NCBI GenBank assembly: GCA_029717555.1
Contig: JAMDHS010000081.1
Location: forward strand, 1-64,000
DNA from: Peribolospora baueri
Taxonomy: Eukaryota
Direction of reading: 5' to 3'
DNA length: 64,000 nt
Every line of letters begins with the position of its first letter. The stretch's first letter is position 1. The translations under genes were made by a program, and so were the position numbers. The notes beneath the pieces are model-generated. The model worked only from the letters and a program-made list of their open reading frames with translations. It had not been told where the DNA came from and made no database searches. Positions 25,519 through 37,082 of this stretch are shown here, piece by piece.

Positions 25519-27839
25519 ATGCGCGTCGAACAAGGCTTCGTCCAGGCCCCCTACGAGCTCGGCAATCCTTGGACGGACGACCCAGCGTTCCAGCACCTCC
25601 TCCTCCGCCTCTTCTCCGCCTCTCCTCGCACCAGCGCTACCCCCTCCGCCGCCCAAATCGTCTCCTCCCTCCACTCCTTCGGCTCCCTCGTTCACACCCA
25701 CGTTCGGCCCCTCGGCGAAGCATGCGATAACCCCGGCGGAGAGCCGACGCTGGTCCAGTACGACCAGTGGGGACGGAGGGTGGACAAGCTGATCACGTCC
25801 GAAGGGTGGAGGGGCCTCAAGAGGCTCTGTGCAGAGCTCGGTGTCGTCTCCGAAGCGTATGGAGTGGAGGCACAGGCGGGAGGGAAGCACACAGACGCCT
25901 CTGGTCTCGGCGGAAGACAGGCTCTCGGAGACTTGTGCGTTTTCCATCCCCCCTCTCCTCCTCTTGGCTGCTAGCCAGCATCTCATCGTTATGGCTTCTT
26001 ATCCCCCCACCTTGGTGGCGTCGGCAGCGCTCGCGTCTTTGCCTTCGCTCGTCTTTACCTCATGCACCCGGACTCGCAAGTCGTCTTGTGTCCCATGTCC
26101 ATGACCGACGGCGCAGCGAGAGGTGCGTCGACCAATGCTTGCTTGGCACCGGTCGGGTCGGCGACTGTTTCGCACCGACAAGGCCGTTGAACGATCCTTT
26201 TCGCATTCCATCCTTTGACCTTCCCATCCAGTCCTCGAACTCCTCGGCACGCCGTCCCAGCGAGAAACGGTGCTCTCTCGACTGCTCTCGCGAGACCCTG
26301 AGCGGGCCTGGACGGCGGGCCAGTGGATGACTGAGAAAGCCGGCGGGTCGGACGTAAGCATGACGGAGACGAGCGCTACCAGGGTCGACAAGCTGGCACC
26401 CGGACAGAAAGCGAAAGCTGGAGACAAGGTAGGTGGGAGGCAGAGAGAGGCGTTTGTCTGTCTTGCCCGCGTTTCCTGAAATGCGTCCTGATCTGCGAGC
26501 CCCTCTGTTTCCACGAACGCCAGTACATTCTCGACGGCTTCAAGTGGTTCTCCTCTGCCACCGACGGCGACGCCGCACTGGCCCTCGCCCGCACGGACCC
26601 GGACCTCTCCCAGGGCTCTCGCGGGCTCAGCCTGTTCCTCGTCCGGATGCGGGACGAGGAGACGGGCAAGCTCAACGGCATCCGCGTACATCGGCTCAAG
26701 AAGAAGCTCGGTACCAATCTCGTACCGACGGCTGAGCTCGAGTTGGAGGGATGCGTGGCCGAGTTGGTGGGCGAGGAGGGCCGGGGTGAACTTCGATCGT
26801 CTCATCAGTCAGGAGCACCCGTCGGTTCAACGGTTCGTACGTACAATGCTGACGGTGATGCCCCTTGTCCTCGCTCGTAGGCGTCGCCTCCATTGCCTTG
26901 GTCCTCAACATCACCCGCATGTACAGCGCCGTTTCCAGCGTCTCCGCGCTCACTCGTAGCCTCCAGATCGCCACCGCGTACGCCAAAGTGCGTCGCGTGG
27001 GCAAGCCAGGCGTCCCAGCCCCGGGCGTGCTCCTTCGGGACTTGCCCCTCCATACGTCCATGCTCGCCAAGGTCTCCGTACTCCACCGCGCCCTCATCCA
27101 GCTCGTCTTCTCCACCTGCGCCCTCCTCGGCGCTTCCGAGTCCGGCACAGCTACGCCCGCGCAGCAGTCTCAGCTTCGTCTGCTCACGCCCGTCGCCAAG
27201 GCCTTTACCGCGACGAGGGCCAGTGAAGGTTTCCTGAAATGCATCGAGTCGCTCGGCGGCGCTGGATACATGAACGAAAACCAGCTGGGCAGGCTCCTGC
27301 GCGACGCGACCGTCGAGCGCATCTGGGAGGGCACCTCCACCGTCCTCGCCCTTGACGTGTCGCGCGTGCTCGCCAAGGACCACGGCGCCGCCCTCCGCGA
27401 GTTCTGCGCCGAGAAGAGCGCGTCCCTCGACGGCGTCGTGTCAGCCGACTTGGATGTCACCACCACGCCACACGTCGTCCGAGCGCTGAGGGACGCGCTG
27501 AGCGCGATGCAGGACATCTTCGTCCCCATGGGCAAGTGCGCCGACCCGCGCGCGCCGCGCGTCCTCCTCGAGCTCCTCGGCATCGTCCACTGCGGCGTCG
27601 CGCTGCTTGAACAAGCCTCCTGGGCGCGCCAGCGGTCCCCGTCGGGTCAGAACGACGGCGGGGACGCGCAGGCGGAGGTGGAGGTGGCCAGGATGTGGGT
27701 CTTGGGCGACGTGGGCGGACTGGCTGCTGCGCTGAGCGAGGCGAGAGAGTTGGCCGATGGCGGGAAGAGGAGCGCTGACGTGGAGGCGGGCATCGTCTTT
27801 GGCGGCGAGCAAGACGGTAAGGTGAACGCCAAGCTATAG
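25519..27839 (+). CDS. acyl-CoA dehydrogenase, AidB-like, with PTS1
   Basis: YDQWGRRVD, CPMSMTDGAA, AGQWMTEKAGGSDV, GFKWFSSATD, RLKKKLGT..VPTAELEL, LNITR, LGGAGYM, IWEGT. C-terminal AKL. Confidence 0.9.
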
Positions 27840-28298
27840 GTGGGCGGACAAGGGGAGGGGAGGCTGGGCATTCGATTTCCTCGTTACGACCCAACGTCCA
27901 GGCCGTGTGTGTGCTCTTCAGAGGAGCCCACCAACCGGGTCAATCGTCCGTGCGTGCTGTCTTGTGTCTAGGAATTTCTCGTACTGTAGACCTAGGCAGG
28001 TTATATCCCTGCACGCACACCGTACTACGCCTTCGCCACAGGACGGAAGCCACTTCCATTCAACGGAAAAAAAAAGCTCTTGCCTCTCAGGGCGCCAGGA
28101 AGGAAAGAGGAAAAAGACGGAGGAGTGGTTATACACGATCAGATACTGGAAGCCGATCAGGCCGGGTACCAAATGAACCGACCCGCCGCCGTACGTTGTC
28201 AAGTTCAAAGCCAAGGGAGTAAGAATTCGTTTCTTGGCCTAACCACAGGGGGGAGGTCATCATCCATCATCTTGTCTTGGGACGAATGCAGACCTCTC

Positions 28299-29364
28299 TC
28301 AGCAGCAGCAACCATCGCCCTTCGGAGAGCCGTTGTCGTCGTGCCCATTGTTGGGCGCAGGGAGCGTGTCCCAGCTGGCGACAAAAAAGCCGGCGAAGCC
28401 GCCGACGCAGATGGCGACTAGGACGAAGCCTGTCCCCATGGCGATCCCGCGTGAGGGGGAAGACGCGGGCGGAGAGCGGAGTGAGCCAGGACGCCGACGG
28501 GGACGGGGTTGTGGAGGAGCGAGTCGACGGAGCACGCTTACCATTGTAGTACATGGCGAAAAGCATGATGACTGCGAGAAGGAGGGAGCGAGCGGGGGTT
28601 GAGCCGAGCCGCTCGCAGAAGGGGCGCGCTCCTGCCTAAGGAACGCTGAACAGACACTCACTGTAAGCAGCGGTGAACGGCATGGCGTGCAGCAAGCTGC
28701 GAACTAGCTGTTGCATGACCGTCGGTCTCAGCCTCGCGGGGGGTGATCCCGTCGAGGAGCCGCCGCCGAGCCCGGGCAGAACGGATCGGAGGATGGTCGT
28801 GTCAGCTTTGGGGACACCAGCATTCCGACTACGCACGTCCGCCCTGCCGGGCTGGCCTTTTCCTCCTTCTAGCTCGCCCTCGCCCTCGCCCTCCGTCCAA
28901 GCGTCGAAGCCGGAAGAGACACGATGAGCGGCGACGATGCGCCTGTCGTACTCGCGCCCGACGCGGCGGAGCATCTCGGCGATGACGACGAGGAGAAAGA
29001 CGAAGACGACTGTGCCGCCGAACTGCGCGGCCGTGCGGACGTGCCAGGAGGACGTGAGGAAACAAGTGTGGAGGACGTTCCAGTTCCCTCTGTCGAGTTT
29101 GGGTGGCATCGTTGAAGAAAAAGAGTGCAAGAAGATAGATGGGAGCCGGTCAGCTCGTCCAACGCCCTGCTGATCCGTCGCCTCAAGAAAACGGGCCACA
29201 AGTTTGGCCGCTCACAACATCGAGACTTTGCACGAGTTGGGGCCCATGTCCATGCTCATGCCCGGTGCGCTGCTGTTAGTCGTATTGGTCATCCCGCCCA
29301 TGCCTCCCATGCCGCCCATGGCCCCGCTGGAAGATGAGTTACTGCCCATGCCCATGCCGCTCAT
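28299..29364 (-). CDS. CTR: Ctr-family high-affinity copper transporter
   Basis: Met-rich ectodomain (MSGMGMG..MGGMGGMGGM..MSMDM), CKVSM..NW..CFL..WH, TM2 MLFAM (MxxxM) then YYNG, TM3 GGFAG (GxxxG), C-terminal CCC. Confidence 0.93.
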
Positions 29365-30487
29365 ACCCACGTTGTGAGGTCGTCGTTCAAAGTAAAGACG
29401 GGGAAAGGCGAAGAGCGCTTTTGTAAGTGAAGTAGATAGGTAGGTCGATTGGGACGACGATGCGACGCGTCAGTGCAAGGGAGACGCGAGCGTGCCCACT
29501 ATCCATACATAGGCCGCGAGGGACTGGAGAGCGGCGCCCATGTGAGGATAAGATGGATAAGACGGGCCCTGCCGGCCTACGATGGAATCAGCAGGCGAGC
29601 GGAGACCAACTGAGGGCGTCTGACGGTGGACCGCACAGACGTGCCTTGCAGACGGTTGTAAGCTGTTCAGCACAGCCCTTGCCGAGCGTCGCGGTAACAG
29701 ACCGCCGAACGGATGAGAAAAAAACAATTGACCAGACGGTTTCCTGGCTTCGTCGGCCTAACCCGGTGAACTTGGGGCAGCCAGACAATGAGAAAACGAC
29801 CCGCCTATCGATCTTCATGCGTCACGAGGAAACGAGAAAGCAGACCGGAGCATCATCCGGGACGAAATGGAGTATGGGCGGGTTGTTGTGGCTGCCAAAA
29901 AACTTGGAGGGGAAGGAGATGAGTCAGCAAGAATGACAAGCTTGTTGCGAGCGGACGGATGAATGGGCCCGAGGAGGGGGGAGGCCAATGCGACCGGGTG
30001 CCTGCGCAGCTGGAGAGGGGGGAGCGAAAGGGAGGACAGATGTGAGGGATACTTGATGTCCCGTCTGGGAAGACGCGAGAGCGCAAATAGTGCAAGCGGG
30101 CGAGATGAGTAGGAAAAAGGGATCAGTTAAGTCAGTACAATCCTCGATACGAATCCTTGACCGAGATAGCATAGGATTGGAAAGGTGGTGAGATGGAGAG
30201 TAGAGGAGTGAGAGGAAAAGAAAGGGGAGGGGGTCCGACCGCTGGCTCTGGTTCTTATCCTCCGCGGCGCGACCCCGTGCGCGATTTTCGCTGCCTCCGC
30301 CGGGCCTTCTGCGTCCGTCGCCGTCTTTCCTTTCCCATCCGCCATTTGCGGCCGGCCGGTCGAAAGAACAGCCAACGTCTAGTCTTTCGCCTGCCTTGCT
30401 CGCTTCTCCCGTCTCTAGGCTGTAAGTCGAGTCGAGCGCGAGCGGTGTTAGGACGCGCACGGCCGAGCCGCTCGGACCGGAATCTCA

Positions 30488-30567
30488 TCGAGTGCAATTT
30501 TGTATTCTCCTCTTCTTTGAAATGACGTCGAGCGCAATTCTGTATTCTCATCGTATTTGAAATAACG
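30488..30567. repeat. 40-bp imperfect tandem duplication in the Ctr/YjbQ divergent promoter
   Basis: TCGAGTGCAATTTTGTATTCTCCTCTTCTTTGAAATGACG followed by TCGAGCGCAATTCTGTATTCTCATCGTATTTGAAATAACG (34/40 identical). Confidence 0.85.
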
Positions 30568-30706
30568 CGGTGCGATCGAAGACTATTGTATGCGAGAAAT
30601 GCCATCGTTCTTGCACAACTCCATCACCTCGGCCCCCTTCATCGTCGCCCTTCTTCTCGCACTGCAGTGCTACTGGGCCGTCTTTGCTCCGCCGCATAGT
30701 TCAATC

Positions 30707-31960
30707 ATGCCGTATCAGAAGACTTTGTGAGCCGCCCGGAGTCCCACAACACGCTCGCCTTGACGCGACGTCGGCTTACACCTTGGCCTGACCACGTCTT
30801 CTGCGCGACCACAGTACGCTGTCCCATAGGCCCAAGGGGTGAGAGAGAGAGGGACTCATGTCATCCTCTTTCGAGAGAAGGAGAGACCGTGTTCATTTAT
30901 CCCTAACGTCATTCACAGGTGCCACCTCGTCACGGACGAAGTGGTGAACAACATCAAGGACGGCCTGCAGGGAACCAAGGTGCGCCCGCCCCCCCCCGTC
31001 GTAGTTTTACCTTTTGCAGGAACCATCGACTTGTGCTGAGCAACATGTTCCTCTCCTGGCACTTCCTTCACATGCCTTGTCCCTCCGTGCCATGTCATCC
31101 TTCAGGTTGGCATTTTGACCCTCTTCATCCAGCACACCTCTGCGGCGCTGTCCTTGAACGAGAATTTTGATCGCACCGTGCGCAAAGACATGGACATGGT
31201 GAGTCTGTCTCTTCGTCACCATTCTTCTTCTGGGTCTTTGCCGTGCATCCCCATGCGCTCACTCTCGCCCCCGCCCCCCACCCGGCCCCTTTTCCCTTGC
31301 ACGCAGGCGCTGGACCGGATCGTGCCCGAGAACCTGCCGTGGCAGCACGTCGACGAAGGGTGAGAAAAGCCTTCCGTCCTTCCGTCCTTCTGCCGAGTCC
31401 ATGCTGACCCCTTCTCTTCTTCTCTGTCTGCGCCTTCTCTGTCGACGCACAGACCGGAGTGAGCATACGTGTCGTGGCGGCCGTCGTGGATGTATGCTGA
31501 GGCTGACTCGCGGCGGATGACCGACCGCCCATTCGGTGACAGCGACTCGGCGTCACACACCAAGGCATCTTTGAGTACGTCTGCTGGCCCCTTGCCTGTT
31601 TCTCTTTGCCTGTCCAAGGAGCCGCTTTGCTCAAGCTGCCATCCATCCATCCATCCTTTGCGCTCTATCCATGCCACGTCATTTCTTCCAGTCGGCTCGA
31701 CTGTCACGGTGGTACGTCCTGTTTCCTCGGGCCGCTCCTCTCATCTCATCTCACTCAGCCCTTTGACTAACGCTTGCGTGTCCTTTTCTTCCACGCGAAA
31801 CACGTCGTCGTCGGCGGCACACCGCCCGCCCGCCCTTTCTCATGACACGTAGCCCATCACAAACGGGCAGCTCAACTTGGGCACGTGGCAAGGGATCTAC
31901 CTGTGCGAGTTCCGCTACAAGCCTCACGGGCGGAGGATCGTGGCTACGATCGTGCCCTAA
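30707..31960 (+). CDS. UPF0047 / YjbQ family protein
   Basis: Nine exons give [62 protein letters not shown]. Confidence 0.93.
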
Positions 31961-33462
31961 TGGATGGGAGAGGGAGGAGATGGAGCTCGATGGCGGATGG
32001 CGGATGGCGGATGGCGGCTTGGTCGGCGCGTCATGGATACCGAAAAGAGGCGTGCTCGGCCGTAAATAGGGGCGGGGCGCTTGATAGAGCCCTGCGGGCT
32101 TCGAGCAGAAACCGGTCCGAGAGTGCGGGCTACGGGCCGGCTGTACTTAGTAAGCGCAGGCGTGGGTAAGATAGAACGTTTGGTCGCCGAGTCGCCGAGT
32201 CGATGTTCAATGATGGTTTGTGTGATGGATGGGGTGGGCGAATGGGATTTGGATTGATTGGCGTGGGCACCGGGTGAGGACGATGGAGGGCACGTTCGAC
32301 GGATGGATATTGGTGCGGGGAAGGAAGGTGAGTACGTACATATGCCATATCCCGTTGGGCCAGGTCAGGGTGATTGTCGAGCTTTCTCTGTGTGTGTGTC
32401 CTGGATGCTCGCTGTCATGGTCATGGTCACTGTTCGATGCGTCGCCGACGTCGTCGTCGTCCGGACGAGGTGTGGGCGAAACGAGAACGAGAGCCGGAAA
32501 GAGTTAGGGGCTTATCGAATTTCAAATGGAGGATGTTTTTAAAATGGGTTGGGGGCGCGCAAAAGTGTCTCGAGAGGGCGGCTAAGTCGTGTTGAAAGGC
32601 GGACGCTTGTCGGATTTCAAATCGTTCAAATCCCGCCACCGCCGCCTTTTATCTTCTCCCTTTTTCTTTTCTGTCCTCCGCCCCGGCCCGGTTGTCGAGG
32701 TCAGCGTCGAACCACCATCTCCCTCGCCCCCCACCTGGTCGGCCGTCGTCGTCGTCGTCGCCATTCCCCCGTCGTCGTCTCCAGCACTCGTCTTGTCTTC
32801 CCCTGGATTCTACTTCCAGACACAGACACAGACAGACGCCACGACCGACTGACCGACCCCGACCGACCGGCTGACTGGCCCCGACTGTCCACCGACCCGG
32901 CCTGACGTTGCCAACGTCAGCGCCCACTTACTACCCTCGCGCGTCCACACCGCGACGCCAGCTCGCCGCTTTTCGGGAGGCATTCGCTTGCTGTTCTCAA
33001 GAGCCTCGCTGTGCGGTGCCACTCTCCTCCACGCGCGGAAGACGAGATTCAACGACCAGACAAGAAAAAAAAAAGTACCCGATCCGGAGTTACTCACGGC
33101 ACGCTCCAGGCTCGAGCTTCGGGATCCTTTGACTCGCCCCGTCTTTCTATTCCTCTCCGTCCGTTCTCTCCTCTCTGTCTTCCTTCTTCTCTCTCTTGGC
33201 CTTCTCTCTTTCATTCTATCTCATTCCTCTCTCTCCCGTGCATGGCCTCGCCTTCGACGATTTGATCCACCCCCGTCTCCTGCCGACCAAAGGCCCCCAC
33301 ATCGGCGCTGCGCTTCGTTCGCCCTTGGCATCGTTGCATCCAAACGGCCTAGCCAGCCAACCGCGCCGGCGCAACCGCTTCAGCGACCGGTCGTCGACCC
33401 AGTCCGACCGTTGTCCTAGCTCGTCGCCACCGGTCACGCGCTCGTCGCTCCCCCACCCTTCC

Positions 33463-35991
33463 ATGTACGGGTCCTCCCAGTTTCCCGACGCCTCCTCCCA
33501 TTTTCCCGGAGCGTCGGCCATGTCGTACACCGCCGCCTCCCAAGCGGCACTCGGCATCGGCCACCCTCCCGACCGCTACGCGTACGACGATGGCGGCATG
33601 GGCGCCGCCCCTTCCGTCTGGGCCCTGCCGCCGGCTCCTCGGTTGCCCACTCGCCAGGCGTCCGCCGGCTGGAACTTCGACCCCTTCTTCTCCGCCGGCC
33701 ACTTCCTCCAGCAGACGACGCACTACGACCTCGTCGGCCAGGCCATCCGCCGCGCAGAGGCGAACCGGGCCGCGGAGGAGATGGGTATGCCGCCCGTCTC
33801 GATGCACCCACATCAGCCCGCTGTCCAATCCAATGCCGACTGGTACTCTCAACCCGCCGCCCCGGCTGGGGCGATGGCGACGTACGCCCATCAGCACCGT
33901 GACTACGCTCAGGCTCCCGTGGCACAGCATCCAGCTGCCCAGCCGGCATACGACGTCGGCTACCCGCCCCGTAGCTTCGCTTTCCCTGCCGGCCAGCGTC
34001 AGGCCCATCCCCATGCAGTCGCCACCGCGTGGCCCCACGCTTCCCAGGCTGCGTACCAGCCGCCTGCCCCGCCCACGCACTTTGACCAGCCATTCGGACC
34101 AGGCTTTGGTTACGACCGCCCGTTGATGGACCGCACCGGCACCCACTTCTCGTCCGCTCCGTACCCGCCGGCCACCGGTCACCTTTCCACGTACCATGAA
34201 GACGCTCGACTTGGCGGTGGCGTACCCTCCACTCGACAGTACGACGGCTACTATGCAGGCGGAGGCGATTACGGGTGGGATCAGGCTGCTGGCGGCGACG
34301 GGAACCACCGCGACTACGTGGAGCAGGACGCCAATGGTCAATACGATGACATGTATGCGGCTGACTTGGTTTTCCACCCCGAGACCAAGATCATGCCGAC
34401 GCCTGCACCCCCACCCAGCGCCGAAGCCGCCCCGGCTCCTTCAGCCCCCGCACCGCCTAGCCCGGGAACTCTGGATCGATCGGCCGTCCCCTTGTGCGGT
34501 TTCGGTGTCGAGATGGTGTGGGCCATCTGCGCGGCCATGCTCGACGGCTCCGCTGTCGTCTCACCTGACCATGGCCACTCATCCGCCATGTCTTCCACCC
34601 CGTACGACTCCCCGCACACTTTGTCGACGCCCGCTGCGAGCGCGGACCACTCGCCGAGTCAGCTTGGCCGCCGCGCCACCAGCGCTCACCGGTCCAGGCC
34701 GTCGGATCAGCTCGGCGTAGGCCTCATGCACAAGCTCGCCATCAGCGCACTGTCCACTCCCTTCGAGAGCGCCGTTCCTCGTTCCCGAAGCGGGCAGCCC
34801 ACGCCCGATGGAGGCTTCAGCTCACCGGTCAGCAGCAACGACGGGTCCGAGCCGGGTACACCTCCGTCGGCCAGCAAGGACGAGCGCGGGGGACGTTATT
34901 CGATGTCTTCGATGTCCTCGGCCAAGGGACTAGGTCTCGATGGCCTAAGCGTCGACATGGGTCCGCGCTCGTCCAGCTTGGGCGCCCGTTCGGAAAGCAT
35001 CGAACGATCTGGCGCAGTGCTACGGTTGGTGTCGCCCAGCTGGCAATGGGATGTTGCCGGCCAGCGGTTTCCGTCTCTGGTCTCCCAACTGCCCGCGGAA
35101 GGCGCGCATGACATTTCTCTCAGGTTGTGGAACGCGAAGAAGGAGAGCTTTCTCTCGAGCGACCTCACCTGGGGCGCACCTCGTGACGTTGAGCCGAGCC
35201 CGGCTTTCCGGCACTTTGCTCACCAGGTGCTCGCTCAGACGCTGCTGAGCCCCACGGCGTTACTCGCTGCCATGCTCTACGTCGCCCGTCTTCCCGGCGC
35301 TCTTGAGACGGCGCGGCCGGCAGCGGCCGAACAGATGTTGTCCGCCTTGTTCTCGCAACCCGCCGCGGCTCCTTTCAAGCTGCTCACTCTGGGCTTGATG
35401 GTCGCGAACAAGCACCTTGACGACAACACTTTCCTCAACAAGACGTGGGCTGAGGTGACTGGTATCCCGCTCAAAGAGCTTTCGATGCTGGAGTCGCACT
35501 TCCTCCTCTTGCTCTCGTATGATGTCGTGATCCCCGACCACGTCTGGAAGGAATGGCTCCGCCGCGTGCGTAAGCGCGAGGTCGGCCGGCTGGACAAGGT
35601 CACCGGCGTGATCGGCGACCGTTCTTGGCGCGCTATCACCTCGCCCTCTCCCGCAGGCACCATTGGCTCGGAGGGCTGGACGCAAGAACAGAGGCGGCTT
35701 ATCGACTCGATCGACACGATGCTCCAAGCCGTCAGCGCGCCCCCCCCGACGCTGTCGTCATCGTCTCACCATCACTACCGTCACTATTACTCGCGTCACC
35801 ATCGCCAAACCAGCCCCCGTGCGCTCGGCCTATCTTCCGCCCATCATCAGTCGCTTCCGTCTTCTTCTTCTGGCTTCTTCCTGCCCCTCGCTGCGACGTA
35901 TGATATCGACCTTGATGAGGACGGACCGCTGCGACCAACGGCTCAGCCGCGCCGCACGCCGTACTCGTTCTACTCCCCCCCTGCTGCTTAA
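33463..35991 (+). CDS. Pho85-type (Pcl/Clg1-like) cyclin with long low-complexity N-terminus
   Basis: Intronless ORF with cyclin box FRHFAHQVLAQTLLSPTALLAAMLYVARL..LMVANKHLDDNTFLNKTWAEVTGIPLKELSMLESHFL. First in-frame ATG at 33463. Confidence 0.88.
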   Translation: MYGSSQFPDASSHFPGASAMSYTAASQAALGIGHPPDRYAYDDGGMGAAPSVWALPPAPRLPTRQASAGWNFDPFFSAGHFLQQTTHYDLVGQAIRRAEANRAAEEMGMPPVSMHPHQPAVQSNADWYSQPAAPAGAMATYAHQHRDYAQAPVAQHPAAQPAYDVGYPPRSFAFPAGQRQAHPHAVATAWPHASQAAYQPPAPPTHFDQPFGPGFGYDRPLMDRTGTHFSSAPYPPATGHLSTYHEDARLGGGVPSTRQYDGYYAGGGDYGWDQAAGGDGNHRDYVEQDANGQYDDMYAADLVFHPETKIMPTPAPPPSAEAAPAPSAPAPPSPGTLDRSAVPLCGFGVEMVWAICAAMLDGSAVVSPDHGHSSAMSSTPYDSPHTLSTPAASADHSPSQLGRRATSAHRSRPSDQLGVGLMHKLAISALSTPFESAVPRSRSGQPTPDGGFSSPVSSNDGSEPGTPPSASKDERGGRYSMSSMSSAKGLGLDGLSVDMGPRSSSLGARSESIERSGAVLRLVSPSWQWDVAGQRFPSLVSQLPAEGAHDISLRLWNAKKESFLSSDLTWGAPRDVEPSPAFRHFAHQVLAQTLLSPTALLAAMLYVARLPGALETARPAAAEQMLSALFSQPAAAPFKLLTLGLMVANKHLDDNTFLNKTWAEVTGIPLKELSMLESHFLLLLSYDVVIPDHVWKEWLRRVRKREVGRLDKVTGVIGDRSWRAITSPSPAGTIGSEGWTQEQRRLIDSIDTMLQAVSAPPPTLSSSSHHHYRHYYSRHHRQTSPRALGLSSAHHQSLPSSSSGFFLPLAATYDIDLDEDGPLRPTAQPRRTPYSFYSPPAA

Positions 35992-37082
35992 TATTTGTCG
36001 CCCGTCTCCCGTTCCCGTCCGCCGATTCCATCTCATGTCATCTCATCTGGATCCTTTGTCCCTCTCTTCTCTGTCCCCCTCCCTCCCCCCTCCCCCCTTC
36101 CTTCCTTCCTCTCCTCGTCTCGACCGCCTGCCTTCCTTCTCCTTCCCCTTGACCGGAACCGCCGACCGATCGTTCATCAAGATGCACTCCTCTCACTCAC
36201 GTTAGAGGCGATTTTCCCGTAGCTAGCTACGTTAAAGGCGATTCTCCTGTAGCTAGCTAGTTAGCCACCCTCCCAGCCACTCTGCTTACCTGTCAGCACA
36301 CACACTGGCGGCTCGGCTCCCTCCCCCGTTCTTTTTTTTGCGCCCGCCCCCCATTTTCCGAATCCTAACGAAAGCGTGATTTGGTTTGGCCGACAAGTTG
36401 AGCGCGGGTTGCGTACATACAGAGCATGTCTCGCGTGTCCGGTCGCTTTGGAGCTTTTGTGGCGGTTCCACGGGGGCTCACAGTCAAAAAGGGCTGTCTG
36501 GGAACTCGCCTTGTCCAGCAGGCCAAGCTAGGGAGGTCGGGCGACTAGAAGGTGAACGGGATGGGATACGGGTTACGATTGCAACGAAGGAAAAAGAAAA
36601 AAAAAAAAAATAAGAACGAACTATTCAAACCCGATGAAATCCATCCATCCAATCCATTCGGAAAAAAATTTCAAAGCTCCAAAGAGAAAAAAAAGAAAAG
36701 ATAGCCGAACCGGAAAGGAGGAGAGAAGACTGATATGGAGGAAACCAGAGAGACCGGAGATGAAACTAAGTGGCTAGCTAGCTAGCTCCCGGCGATTCCA
36801 ACGACGCGGCTAAGTACAGGAGGGCGATGACCGGGAGCGAGAGAAAGGAGAGAGAGGGAGGGAGTATTGGAGACGGGCGGAAGAGGAGCGTAGGGAACGT
36901 CCAAGCGCAGACGGAAACAGAGAGGCTCCGAAGGCAGGTAAGAAAGAAAGACAGACGGGTGGGTGAAGCGGGTCCAGTGAGAGCAGGTATAGTAGAGAGG
37001 AACGGGCGACGAAGGGACGGTGACCAAAAGAGGAGGAGGGGAAGGGAGGGAGTCGCCACGAAACGGTGAGACAGCGGGGCGC

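Noticed and set aside
30488..30567. Tandem 22-40 bp repeats as a CRISPR-like array
   Set aside because: Only two adjacent copies each, no spacers, no cas genes, and a eukaryotic context.
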